A program made the translations under genes and the position numbers. From Terriglobia bacterium (lineage in GTDB: Bacteria > Acidobacteriota > Terriglobia > 20CM-2-55-15): a stretch of 64,000 nt of DNA. The notes below the pieces were generated by a model, which was not told the DNA's origin, ran no database searches, and saw nothing but the letters and a program-made list of their open reading frames with translations. Of the stretch, positions 51,198 to 60,595 are shown piece after piece (position 1 is the stretch's first letter; the number at the start of each line of letters is the position of its first letter). The stretch is taken from assembly GCA_963664115.2 (NCBI GenBank), contig CAXWPJ010000012.1:224001-288000 (forward strand), in the 5' to 3' direction.

Positions 51198-52493
51198 ATG
51201 AGGTGGAATTCGACAATCCGGGCCATGGTGACCCTGATCGCCGCTACGGCCTTCACAGTTTCGTGTGCGAGCAGTGAAGCCCCGGCGCAAACCGCGCCCA
51301 GCTACCTTTTCGATCCCACCTGGCCGCAACCGCTTCCCGACAACTGGAAGATGGGTGGGGTCACCGGCCTGGCCGTGGACAGTAACGGCGACGTCTGGGC
51401 GCTGACTCGCCCGAACGATCTGACGGCCATCGAACTGCACGCCGAACTCACGCCTCCGCTGGCGGCGTGCTGCGTGCGGTCTCCGACGATGATTCACTTC
51501 GACAAGGCGGGTCGCGTTATCGGTTCCTTCAATGCGCCGCAGGGTCACGGAATGGACGTGGACGATGAGGGATTCGTCTACATCGGGCAGGACACGGTCC
51601 GCAAATACGACCCGCAGACCGGCCAGGTTGTCGCCGAAGTCGCGCGGGCACCGGAACGGGAGAACGGCGCAGCTGTCGGACTTCGACCTCTCCCCCAGCC
51701 TGTGCCCGGCCAAGGCAGTGCCGGCGCCGTCTATAGGTTCCTGCCACCGCCGGCGAGACCTGCGGGTGCCCCCGACCCGGAAGCGGATCTAAGGGCCGAG
51801 GCCGCTCGTGTCGCGTATCGCGAAATGTATCCGCCCGAAACTCCGATGATCGTGGGCGGTCTCGAAGAAATCAGAATCATCGAAGCCGACAACGAAATGT
51901 ATGTCGCTGACAATTATCTCGGCGGACGCGTGCTCGTCTTCGCTCTGGATACATTCGAGTTCAAGCGCGGATGGGGCGCCTATGGTAAACCGCTAGCCCA
52001 GATCAGCACCGATGACGCCGATCACGCCTACACGCCCAACGGCCCGATGCCCGAAGACTTCGCGGGCCATCTGACCCTGAATGTTTCCAATGACGGCCTT
52101 GTGTACGCGGCAGACCGGAACGCGAACCGCATCCACGTCACAACCAAGGACGGCGAATTCCTCAAGGAATTCATCATCGCACCCGGCACGGGTATTGGCG
52201 GCGCCACGGGCGGTGTGGCCTTCTCGCCCGACCCCGGGCAGCAGTTCCTCTACATCTCAGATCTCACGAACAACAAGATCTGGTTCTTGAACCGCGAGGA
52301 CGGCACGGTCATGGGAGAGATGGGCGGCATGGGCGAGAACGGCGGCCAGTTCTTCGGTCTGCACATGATCGCTGTCGACAGCGACGGCAACATCTACACC
52401 GGTGAAGTTTTCGCCGGCGAACGGGTGCAGCGCTTCGTGCCAGCCGACAGCCCGAAGGGAGCCCTGCTCCAGCAATTGGCCGAGACGCAGTAG
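51198..52493 (+). CDS. NHL-repeat beta-propeller lipoprotein
   Basis: Lipobox-like TVSC, DP.WP.PLP, YAADR, H.IAVDSDGNIY.GE. Confidence 0.85.
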   Translation: MRWNSTIRAMVTLIAATAFTVSCASSEAPAQTAPSYLFDPTWPQPLPDNWKMGGVTGLAVDSNGDVWALTRPNDLTAIELHAELTPPLAACCVRSPTMIHFDKAGRVIGSFNAPQGHGMDVDDEGFVYIGQDTVRKYDPQTGQVVAEVARAPERENGAAVGLRPLPQPVPGQGSAGAVYRFLPPPARPAGAPDPEADLRAEAARVAYREMYPPETPMIVGGLEEIRIIEADNEMYVADNYLGGRVLVFALDTFEFKRGWGAYGKPLAQISTDDADHAYTPNGPMPEDFAGHLTLNVSNDGLVYAADRNANRIHVTTKDGEFLKEFIIAPGTGIGGATGGVAFSPDPGQQFLYISDLTNNKIWFLNREDGTVMGEMGGMGENGGQFFGLHMIAVDSDGNIYTGEVFAGERVQRFVPADSPKGALLQQLAETQ

Positions 52494-52531
52494 CGCCTCA
52501 CCTGGCTTCGTCCCGGGCGACCTGGGGTTCT

Positions 52532-53803
52532 CTACCAGACGCCCGTCCACGGTTTACCCACCAGGAAGTCCGGATTGGCGCCTTCCCGGGGTCGGAACTT
52601 CTGGATCCGGCCGTTGTTCACCGAGGCCGTGTAGAAATTGCCCTCCTGGTCCGTGGACATTCCGTGCACGCCCCACATACCGCCGGGATATTCGCCCCAG
52701 CTGCCCCAGGAATAAAGGAAGTTCCCCTCCAGGTCATAGCCCAGGATCTTGTGCGTACCCTGGTCGGCCGCCCACAGCTTCTGGTCGCTGGTGACGATGA
52801 AGCTGTGAATGTCCATGGGCGGCCGCGGGCCGAAGTTCCACTCGTCCAGGTAATTGCCGTCCTCGTCGAAGACCTGTACCCGGCTGTTGGCGCGATCGTT
52901 AACGTACACCCGCCGGGTCGTGGGGTCGACGGCAATGCCATGCACGTTGTTCCAGTAACCGGGACGGGTCTCGTTCGGCGGGTTGCCTCGTTCGCCCCAC
53001 TGCCCCAGGATGTTGCCGTCCATGTCGTACTTGATGACCCGCGTGTTGTCGTAGCCGTCGGCGAGGTACATTGTGTTTTCGTCCATGAATGCGAGAAACG
53101 TCGGGCGGCGAAGATGGTTGTCGTCCTCACCCGGCTCACCCGGCGTGCCCAGCGTCAGGACCAATTCCGTTCCATCGTTAGTGAACTTGTAGACCGTATG
53201 TCCGTCCGCGTCCACGATCCACACGTGCTTTTCCGGATCGTAGGGGCTGATCTCCACGTCATGCGGCCGGTACCAGAGATCGTCCCATTGGGTCCACTCC
53301 TCGACGATGTTGCCTTCGGAATCCACGACGAGGACGCAGTGCTCCCACCGCCAGTCGATGCCCGGCCGACCCACACCTTCCGCCTCCAGTTGGTCCCCAT
53401 TCGGGATGGAGTTGCCGGCCTGCCGCAGCGGCAAGCGAAAGTTGGGGAATTGCAGACCGGGTCCGAGCTCGGGCAGCCAGACGCTGGGCGGCCTCTCCTC
53501 GATGAGCGGCAGTTCGCCTTTTTGCACCAGGAACACCCGGTCCGGGCTCTCGGCAAAGACGTCCATGGTGATCGAATACGTCCAACCCTCGTGTCCGGGA
53601 AGGCTCTCCGACATCGGTTTCGGCCAGTTTTCGACAACCTCGTACGGCCCGAAGATATCCTGCCCGCCCTTCAGTCCGGGAACCGCTGCGAAACCAGCAC
53701 CCGCTGGCTGTTGCTCCTCCATACCGCCCGTTCGGCCCCCCAGCACGACGATCACCAGGAGAGCTCCGAAGATTACCGCAATCGTCAGAATACCTTTGTT
53801 CAT
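52532..53803 (-). CDS. NHL-repeat protein resembling peptidyl-alpha-hydroxyglycine lyase (PAL)
   Basis: RPHDV, GTPGEPG, RPT, ADGY.NTRV, VHGIA, DR.N.RVQVF. Confidence 0.85.
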   Translation of the reverse strand: MNKGILTIAVIFGALLVIVVLGGRTGGMEEQQPAGAGFAAVPGLKGGQDIFGPYEVVENWPKPMSESLPGHEGWTYSITMDVFAESPDRVFLVQKGELPLIEERPPSVWLPELGPGLQFPNFRLPLRQAGNSIPNGDQLEAEGVGRPGIDWRWEHCVLVVDSEGNIVEEWTQWDDLWYRPHDVEISPYDPEKHVWIVDADGHTVYKFTNDGTELVLTLGTPGEPGEDDNHLRRPTFLAFMDENTMYLADGYDNTRVIKYDMDGNILGQWGERGNPPNETRPGYWNNVHGIAVDPTTRRVYVNDRANSRVQVFDEDGNYLDEWNFGPRPPMDIHSFIVTSDQKLWAADQGTHKILGYDLEGNFLYSWGSWGEYPGGMWGVHGMSTDQEGNFYTASVNNGRIQKFRPREGANPDFLVGKPWTGVW

Positions 53804-53898
53804 AATTTGCCTCCGCGAAGCGACGTGCGCCTCAGCGAGATCGGTCCGAACCGCGAACTCCGAGTCGCTTGATATGGCTCCCAGTCTCAGTGGCTCAG

Positions 53899-53928
53899 AC
53901 CATACCCGCCAATATCCTCTACGGTCAA
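53899..53928 (-). promoter_or_regulatory. Possible sigma70 promoter for the NHL gene
   Basis: TTGACC-N18-TATGGT on minus strand. Confidence 0.4.
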
Positions 53929-54004
53929 TCTAATCACGAGAAATACGATTCCCGTAAGATCGCGCACCTTAGCCAAAATCTGAATTGATACGTGCACTGA
54001 CACT

Positions 54005-54196
54005 CTAACAGCCCGTGGCAGAAGTCTCGAGGGTCGCGTTACGGCCAAAAGGGGCTGGATTCCAGGAGACGCCTTGGCGTCGACGCGACGTCACGGCGAC
54101 GCAACAATGCTCATTCATTGGAAGGAGTCGGCGGCAACGAATACGGCCCCGTTTCGCCGTAACCCTTCGGGCGCAGGGGGGGTCGGGCCGCAGGCG
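54005..54196. mobile_element. MITE-like remnant B (left end plus middle)
   Basis: CTAACAGCCCG end, internal long hairpin, homologous to 50085-50287. Confidence 0.7.
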
Positions 54197-54273
54197 TTGC
54201 CCGAAGAGTTTGCAAAGAACGCAGGTCGCTTCCACGCCGGAATAGCAGGATGTCAACCTAATTTAGAGGGATC

Positions 54274-56541
54274 TTAGAAACGATGCGTATAGACCAGCTT
54301 AGACGCCAGCTGACGGTCTTCAGTACTGAAACCGGTTGCTGGATCGCTCAACCAGTTGTGGTTGTACACCAGAAAGAGATCGTTGCCGGGATTCAGTATC
54401 CAGCGAAACCGGGCCTGCCAGCCGAGATTCCGGCTATCGTTATCGTATTGAAAGTTATTGGCCAGTGACATCCATGGGCTGAACTGGACGCTGGATTCCG
54501 CTTCGAATACACTGACCGAAAAGCTGCCTTCGGGCAGTTCGATACGTGTCCACTCGTTTTCCATGCTGATGACCAGACCGTTTCGCGGACGGAGGGTCAG
54601 ACGCGGTTGGAAATCGCGGCGCGTCCCGCTGAAGTAGTCACCCCAGCGGAACTGACCGGAGAGAGAGACCGGACGTTGGCCACTCATATTCCAGTTAAAC
54701 TCGTAGCTGTGGTATCGGTACTGGTTTCCCGCCGCCAGTAAAACTGAATCATCCGGACCCATGCTGAAATCTCTTTCGAGTCTTTCGAATTCCCGGTTGA
54801 TGTTGAAGCTGAAGCGCTCTCCGGAATGAAAGGTCATCTGAAACAAGCCGAAGCGGATGCGCTGCGACAACATAACGTTTCGACTGTCGCTCGTCTGGCT
54901 GAAGCCTGTCCACCATTGGAACTGGCGGATCAAGGGATGGTTTCGCGGGCGGGGAGCGAACCGAACAAACGAGTCGTATTCTTTGATACCCGTCCTGTTG
55001 ACGAAACCCACTGCGGGATCGAAGTTTTGTTGGGTTTCGGTGAAGCCGATTCTGCCCCCCCAGAGATCGTTGAAGTAATCCATATCCGCCCCGAAGCGCG
55101 CGTTGTCCCCGGTATCATCGGGATTTGTGGCGGCTACGTAGTGCGAAGTAAATGAGAGGTTCCGGTCGCCCATGAAGCGCCGTGTGCTGAGTCGAAGATC
55201 GAAACCAATGGTCTGGAGCGCGGGTCCGGCGCTTACCGTCGGATCCGTCACCTGGCCCTCGCGTATGCTCCGCCGCGTGTAAAGCATGCCGAAGTGGGAT
55301 TCGCTCAAGAAGCGGCGCGCCCCCCTGAAGACCGTGAAGTCCTCCCCGAGACGGTCACCCTCCTGTCCTGTACGCACCTGCAGGACACCAATATCCTGCG
55401 CTCCGGCCTGCCCGGTCAATTTGACGCCGTAATCGATCCGTTGCGGCTGGCCCTCGTTCAGGCCGATGCGGCGGCTGAAGAACGCGTCACCGAAGCCAGA
55501 GAGGCCGAAGAAGTTACTACCCTCAAGGAAGAAGTCCCGCTTTTCGGGGAATCGGAGTGAAAACCGCGTCAGGTTCACCTGCCGGTCGTCCACCTCCGTT
55601 TCCGCAAAGTCCGTGTTGACTGTGAAGTTGGCTCTGAGGCCTGGAGTCACGTTGTATATGAAATCGACCCCCGTGTCCCCTGTGTAGGATGCGTTGGTGC
55701 CGCTTCCCGGCGACGATCTGGCTCGTCCAGTAGCATACGGTCTGACATCCAGGCCAACCCCCTGGCTGATTTCCGACAAGCCGACAAGCAAGCCTGCATT
55801 GGCCATCGTTCGGAGCCCGCCGCTCGTACGTTGGTAACCATTCCAGATGGTTGATTCATTCTTCCGGCGTATCGTCCGCTGGAAATTGATACCCCACGCC
55901 TGGCCGTTAGGATCGAAGTTCAATGTCCGGAACGGCATCTCGATTTCAATAACCCATCCGATTTCGCTCCGTCGCACCTGGGCATTCCAGATGCCGTCCC
56001 ATTCCCGGCCGCCACCGCCGAACCCACCTCGGTCGCCACCACCACCGCCGAATCCGCCGAATCCGCCGCCGCTGATCAACTGGTCGCCCATGGCCCCAGA
56101 AGGATTCATCTCAAAGAAATAACCGGTCCGTTCGTCCAGATAAGTATCGAACACCCAGTGGAACGAATCGTCAGCACCCAGCCACTCATCGCGTTGCATC
56201 GTGTTGCCTCTGAGCTGATCCGGTTCCGAGTCATAGGCAACGACGCCCATGTACATGCTGTTTTCGCTAAAGAGGATGTATACCTCGGTGGGCTCGGTTG
56301 CCTGCGCTCCGTTGTCCGGGTCGACCTGGATGAATCCGGTCGCAGGCTCGGCACGGCCCCAGGCAGCTTCGTCCATAAGGCCGTCGAGCGCTATACTCTC
56401 GCCGGGTTGCAGGCGGGAGGCGGCCATGACGCGGCGCTCTTCGAAGCCGGCGAGGCCTTCTTGCGCGGTGGCCTGCGGCGTCGGTTGTCCGAGAAAGATA
56501 AGCAATAGTGCGGGAACGGTGATCGAACGGGATCTTTTCAT
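54274..56541 (-). CDS. Outer-membrane protein with CBM9-like N-terminus and DUF5916-like barrel
   Basis: LDG...E..W, DFAETEVD..QVNLTRF...FPEKR.FFLEG, FFSRRIG, terminal F. Confidence 0.88.
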   Translation of the reverse strand: MKRSRSITVPALLLIFLGQPTPQATAQEGLAGFEERRVMAASRLQPGESIALDGLMDEAAWGRAEPATGFIQVDPDNGAQATEPTEVYILFSENSMYMGVVAYDSEPDQLRGNTMQRDEWLGADDSFHWVFDTYLDERTGYFFEMNPSGAMGDQLISGGGFGGFGGGGGDRGGFGGGGREWDGIWNAQVRRSEIGWVIEIEMPFRTLNFDPNGQAWGINFQRTIRRKNESTIWNGYQRTSGGLRTMANAGLLVGLSEISQGVGLDVRPYATGRARSSPGSGTNASYTGDTGVDFIYNVTPGLRANFTVNTDFAETEVDDRQVNLTRFSLRFPEKRDFFLEGSNFFGLSGFGDAFFSRRIGLNEGQPQRIDYGVKLTGQAGAQDIGVLQVRTGQEGDRLGEDFTVFRGARRFLSESHFGMLYTRRSIREGQVTDPTVSAGPALQTIGFDLRLSTRRFMGDRNLSFTSHYVAATNPDDTGDNARFGADMDYFNDLWGGRIGFTETQQNFDPAVGFVNRTGIKEYDSFVRFAPRPRNHPLIRQFQWWTGFSQTSDSRNVMLSQRIRFGLFQMTFHSGERFSFNINREFERLERDFSMGPDDSVLLAAGNQYRYHSYEFNWNMSGQRPVSLSGQFRWGDYFSGTRRDFQPRLTLRPRNGLVISMENEWTRIELPEGSFSVSVFEAESSVQFSPWMSLANNFQYDNDSRNLGWQARFRWILNPGNDLFLVYNHNWLSDPATGFSTEDRQLASKLVYTHRF

Positions 56542-56915
56542 ATCGAGGTCAGTTGTTCCTGTTGTGTTATATGAAGCGACGACAAACCTATTATTAGATT
56601 CGAACTGAGCGGGCCGTGGCGATCAAAATCCACTCTTATCTCTTGGAAATCAATACTTTACGTTTACGGATCCCATCCCAGGGAAGAGAGGCCTCAAGCG
56701 AACGAGCCCCAAACTGTTGAATACGCTTGAAAGAGGGCAAAAGTTACCGAAGACGCGACCATCCCCTGAGATTTGACGCCGCCCGACGACATGGGTGAGA
56801 AACGGTTTCGCCCGAAGTCGGGCGAACCTACGACTGGAGTGGCCTAAGTTAAAAACGGTCTCTTAGAAAGACAGCCCTTCTGTCCGAATTACTCTGACGA
56901 CGCACACGCACTCAC

Positions 56916-56953
56916 AAAAAATAATGGCCCTGCAACCTATTGATTACAGGGCC
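56916..56953 (-). terminator. Terminator after tRNA-Leu
   Basis: GGCCCTG..CAGGGCC stem followed by ATTATTTTTT on minus strand. Confidence 0.7.
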
Positions 56954-56963
56954 GCTTAAAATA

Positions 56964-57045
56964 TGCCGAAGGCGGGATTCGAACCCGCACACCCGAAGGC
57001 ACCACCCCCTCAAGATGGCGTGTCTGCCAGTTCCACCACTTCGGC
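56964..57045 (-). tRNA. tRNA-Leu(GAG), CCA not encoded
   Basis: GCCGAAG acceptor stem, CCATC-TTGAGGG-GGTGG anticodon arm, long variable arm, GGTTCGAATCC; follows secG. Confidence 0.96.
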
Positions 57046-57048
57046 TGG

Positions 57049-57408
57049 TTAATTTTCCGTATCTGCCTCGGGCTCAGCTGTCTCCTCTGTCGGCTCGGCC
57101 GCGTCCGTAACAGGCTCGACGTCGATAGGTTCGACGTTGACCGGCTGAATATCATCGCTGAGGACGGAGCCCGTACCCGGCTGCGAAATCAGAACGGTGA
57201 GCGACAGGGATGTCACCATGAACATCACCGCGGCTACGGTGGTTAAGCGATGCAGGACGGTCGTGGAACTCCTGGCTCCAAAGGAAGTCTGCGTTCCGCC
57301 TCCCCCGAACGTACCTGCAAAATCCTGTCCTTTGCCCTGCTGCAACAGCACGACGAGGATGAGAAACACCGAAACGACAACATGGATGACGGTCAGAAGT
57401 GTAATCAT
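57049..57408 (-). CDS. secG: Preprotein translocase subunit SecG
   Basis: VLLQQGKG....FGGGG, L.RLT. Confidence 0.95.
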   Translation of the reverse strand: MITLLTVIHVVVSVFLILVVLLQQGKGQDFAGTFGGGGTQTSFGARSSTTVLHRLTTVAAVMFMVTSLSLTVLISQPGTGSVLSDDIQPVNVEPIDVEPVTDAAEPTEETAEPEADTEN

Positions 57409-57421
57409 GACAAAATAATGA

Positions 57422-58180
57422 TCAAGATTCTCCGTAACGGATTATTGCCGCAAACGACCCCACATCGAGACTCGCGCCACCGACGAGGGCTCCATCGATA
57501 TCGGGTTGCGCCATCAGATCGGCAATGCTGCCGGGCTTGACACTCCCACCGTAGAGTACCCTCAGCGACTCCGCGGCGTGCTGCCCGTAAATCTCTGAAA
57601 TCACCCCTCGAATCGCGGCATGCATCTGCCCGGCGGTCTCGGGTGTTGCCGTCCGGCCGGTCCCGATGGCCCAGACAGGTTCATACGCGACAATGATATT
57701 GGAAAGCTCAGGTGCAGTCAATTGAGCCAGCCCATCCCTAAGTTGGCTCTCCACCAGCTTTTCCGCCCGCCCCCCTTCTCTCTCTTCTAGTGTCTCGCCT
57801 ACGCATACAATTGCTTTCATCTGCTGCGCCAACACGGCCGTAATTTTCCGGGATACGGTTTCATCCGTCTCGCCGAACAGCTGCCGCCGCTCGGAATGTC
57901 CAATGATCGTGTAATCACATCCCGCATCGCGCAGCATTGGCGCGGACACCTCCCCGGTATAGGCCCCGTCCGCTTCCCAATACACATCCTGCGCCGATAT
58001 CGCCACCGCACTTCCACGTACCGCATCGGCGGCGGCCGACAGAACAGTAAACGGGGGTGCAACGATCACGTCACAGTGGTCCACACCGGCGATGTCCGGG
58101 AGCAGCGCATCAAAAAATTCGCGAGTCTCGGCCAACGTTTTGAACAATTTCCAATTTCCAGCTATGATCTCTCGACGCAT
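57422..58180 (-). CDS. tpiA: Triosephosphate isomerase
   Basis: AGNWK, GHSERR, AYEPVWAIGTG, YGGSV. Confidence 0.98.
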   Translation of the reverse strand: MRREIIAGNWKLFKTLAETREFFDALLPDIAGVDHCDVIVAPPFTVLSAAADAVRGSAVAISAQDVYWEADGAYTGEVSAPMLRDAGCDYTIIGHSERRQLFGETDETVSRKITAVLAQQMKAIVCVGETLEEREGGRAEKLVESQLRDGLAQLTAPELSNIIVAYEPVWAIGTGRTATPETAGQMHAAIRGVISEIYGQHAAESLRVLYGGSVKPGSIADLMAQPDIDGALVGGASLDVGSFAAIIRYGES

Positions 58181-58207
58181 CTTTACTTTCCCATCTCCTA
58201 TTCCGTT

Positions 58208-59389
58208 TTAGCGATCGGTCAAAGCCTCCACACCCGGCAACTGCCGTCCTGAAAGAAACTCCAAAGCCGCACCGCCCCCGGTAGAAACGTGACTGATGGC
58301 GGCCGCCAGACCGGAAGCGTGGACTGCAGCGGCCGAATCGCCACCGCCCACGATGGAAAACGCATTCGAATGTGCGACGGCCCGGCCAACCGCAAACGTC
58401 CCTTCGGCGAATTTCGAATTTTCGAAAACTCCCATCGGTCCGTTCCACACAACCGTCTTGGCAAGGCCGATCACTTCACTGTAACGTTCAACGGTTCGGG
58501 GGCCAATGTCGAGTCCCATCTCGTCGGGCGCCGTATCCGCTACTGAAACCGTGTGGATGCCCTCACCGTCCAAGCCCCGGGCAACGACATGGTCTTCAGG
58601 CAACCGTATCCTCCGGCCTTTCGCCCGGGCTGACTCCAGAAGACCCCGCGCCAGGTCCACCCTGTCTTCTTCCACAAGCGATTTTCCCGTCGTCACACCC
58701 TGCGCCCTCAGAAACGTATACGCCATGGCGCCACCGATCAGGATGTCATCGGCGACAGGAAGAAAGTTCTCGATCAGTTCGATTTTGCCGGAAATCTTCG
58801 CGCCACCGATGATGGATACGTAGGGATGCGCGGGCTCGTCGAGCGCGCGTCTCAGGGCTTCCACTTCCCTTCCCATCAGGAAGCCAGCCCCTGCCTGTCC
58901 AAGGTGCGCAATGATGCCGACGGTCGATGCATGCGCACGGTGAGCCGCTCCGAAGGCATCATTTACATACACGTCGCATAGAGCGGCGAGGTCGGCAGCG
59001 AATGCAGGCTCGTTGGCCTCTTCTTCAGGGTGAAAACGTAAGTTCTCCAGAAGCAAGGTGGTCCCGGCTTCCAGCCCTTCTACCATGGCTTCGACTTCGG
59101 TTCCAACGCAGTCGGGAGCGAATCTGACCGGACGCCCCAACAGTTCGCCCAGCCTCACAGAGACTGGACCCAGACTCAGTGCGGGGCTGGATTGGCCGCG
59201 CGGCCTCCCCAGGTGCGAGGCAAGAATGAGACGGCTACCCTGTTCGAGTACGTATTCGATCGAGGGCAGAGCTTGGCGGATGCGGGAATCGTCTGAAATT
59301 TTGCCACCGGACATGGGGACGTTGAAGTCGACGCGCATGAAGACGCGCCGGCCGGAGAGATCCAGATCAGTGATGGATAACTTGGACAA
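58208..59389 (-). CDS. pgk: Phosphoglycerate kinase
   Basis: RVDFNVP, SHLGRP, NDAFGAAHRAHAS, WNGPMGVFE. Confidence 0.98.
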   Translation of the reverse strand: MSKLSITDLDLSGRRVFMRVDFNVPMSGGKISDDSRIRQALPSIEYVLEQGSRLILASHLGRPRGQSSPALSLGPVSVRLGELLGRPVRFAPDCVGTEVEAMVEGLEAGTTLLLENLRFHPEEEANEPAFAADLAALCDVYVNDAFGAAHRAHASTVGIIAHLGQAGAGFLMGREVEALRRALDEPAHPYVSIIGGAKISGKIELIENFLPVADDILIGGAMAYTFLRAQGVTTGKSLVEEDRVDLARGLLESARAKGRRIRLPEDHVVARGLDGEGIHTVSVADTAPDEMGLDIGPRTVERYSEVIGLAKTVVWNGPMGVFENSKFAEGTFAVGRAVAHSNAFSIVGGGDSAAAVHASGLAAAISHVSTGGGAALEFLSGRQLPGVEALTDR

Positions 59390-59467
59390 TGAGTTCGGTC
59401 GGATGTGCGGCCAGAGACCACGCCTGCAGCCAGACGCAACTGCAGGGGCGGTCTATCACCGCCCGTC

Positions 59468-60466
59468 CTACTTCATTACGATCTTGATCAAGTCACGCAG
59501 GCGGCAACTGAAACCCCACTCATTGTCGTACCAGGCAAAGACTTTGAGTAAGTTGTCTCCGAGTGACTTCGTCAAAGGAGCGTCGAGAATCGATGAATGA
59601 GGGTTGCGCAGGAAATCGACCGACACCAACTGTTTTTCCGAGTACTCGAGTACGCCTTTCATTGGCCCATTGGCTGCTTCCTGAAGCGCATTGTTTGCGG
59701 CTTCGGCGGTGACCGGCCTGGAAGTCTTAACCGTCAGATCCACTATCGACACGTTCGGTGTCGGGACACGAATCGCGATGCCGTCCAGTTTCCCCTTCAG
59801 CTCCGGCAGAACCAGGCCGACGGCCGTTGCGGCGCCCGTCGAGGTTGGAATCATCGACAATCCAGCGGCGCGTGCACGGCGCAGATCGGGGTGCGGCAAA
59901 TCCAGGAGTTTCTGGTCGTTCGTGTAGGAGTGGACGGTCGTCATCAGGCCACTCTCGATTTGAAACGTATCATGAAGAACCTTGGCCACAGGGGACAGGC
60001 AGTTCGTCGTGCAGGAGGCATTGGAAATAATGTGATGCTTAGCCTTGTCGTATTTTTCGTCGTTCACTCCAACGCAGATGGTTATGTCTTCGCCCTTTGC
60101 GGGTGCTGAAATGATGACTTTTTGTACCGACCCCCGCATGTGCTTCGCTGCCGCTTCTCCGCTCGCAAAGAAACCGGTCGACTCCACAACAAGGTCGACA
60201 CCGTAACCCGGCCAATCGATCTGGGCCGGATCTCTTTCGCTCGAAACCCGGAGCGTTTTCCCGTCAACCGACAACCCGCCTTCCACGGCCGCTACATCGG
60301 AATCGAGGTTTCCAAGAACCGAATCGTACTTGAGCAAGTGCGCCAGCGTCGGCGAATCAGTAATGTCGTTGAGCGCCACGATGTCGATATCCGCGTCACC
60401 GCGAACCGCACGGTAAAAATTCCTGCCGATCCGACCGAAACCATTAATCCCAACCTTTATCGCCAT
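59468..60466 (-). CDS. gap: Glyceraldehyde-3-phosphate dehydrogenase type I
   Basis: GINGFGRIGR, SNASCTTNC, WYDNEWG. Confidence 0.98.
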   Translation of the reverse strand: MAIKVGINGFGRIGRNFYRAVRGDADIDIVALNDITDSPTLAHLLKYDSVLGNLDSDVAAVEGGLSVDGKTLRVSSERDPAQIDWPGYGVDLVVESTGFFASGEAAAKHMRGSVQKVIISAPAKGEDITICVGVNDEKYDKAKHHIISNASCTTNCLSPVAKVLHDTFQIESGLMTTVHSYTNDQKLLDLPHPDLRRARAAGLSMIPTSTGAATAVGLVLPELKGKLDGIAIRVPTPNVSIVDLTVKTSRPVTAEAANNALQEAANGPMKGVLEYSEKQLVSVDFLRNPHSSILDAPLTKSLGDNLLKVFAWYDNEWGFSCRLRDLIKIVMK

Positions 60467-60595
60467 GAATCCTCTCCAACTTACGATTTACTGCAACAAT
60501 CCACCGACACCACTGTGCGGAACCGGGAACAAGAAGACGGAAGAAACTATGCATGATAACCGATCTATCGAACTTTCAGAATATACTGACCACAC

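Noticed and set aside
2814-53872. Long antisense ORFs (e.g. 2814-3767, 25637-26620, 37985-38869, 52664-53872)
   Set aside because: Shadows of well-supported genes in GC-rich DNA, without recognisable motifs.
56964-57045. tRNA with long variable arm as tRNA-Sec
   Set aside because: Anticodon is GAG with a 7-bp acceptor stem: tRNA-Leu. No sel genes are seen in this window.
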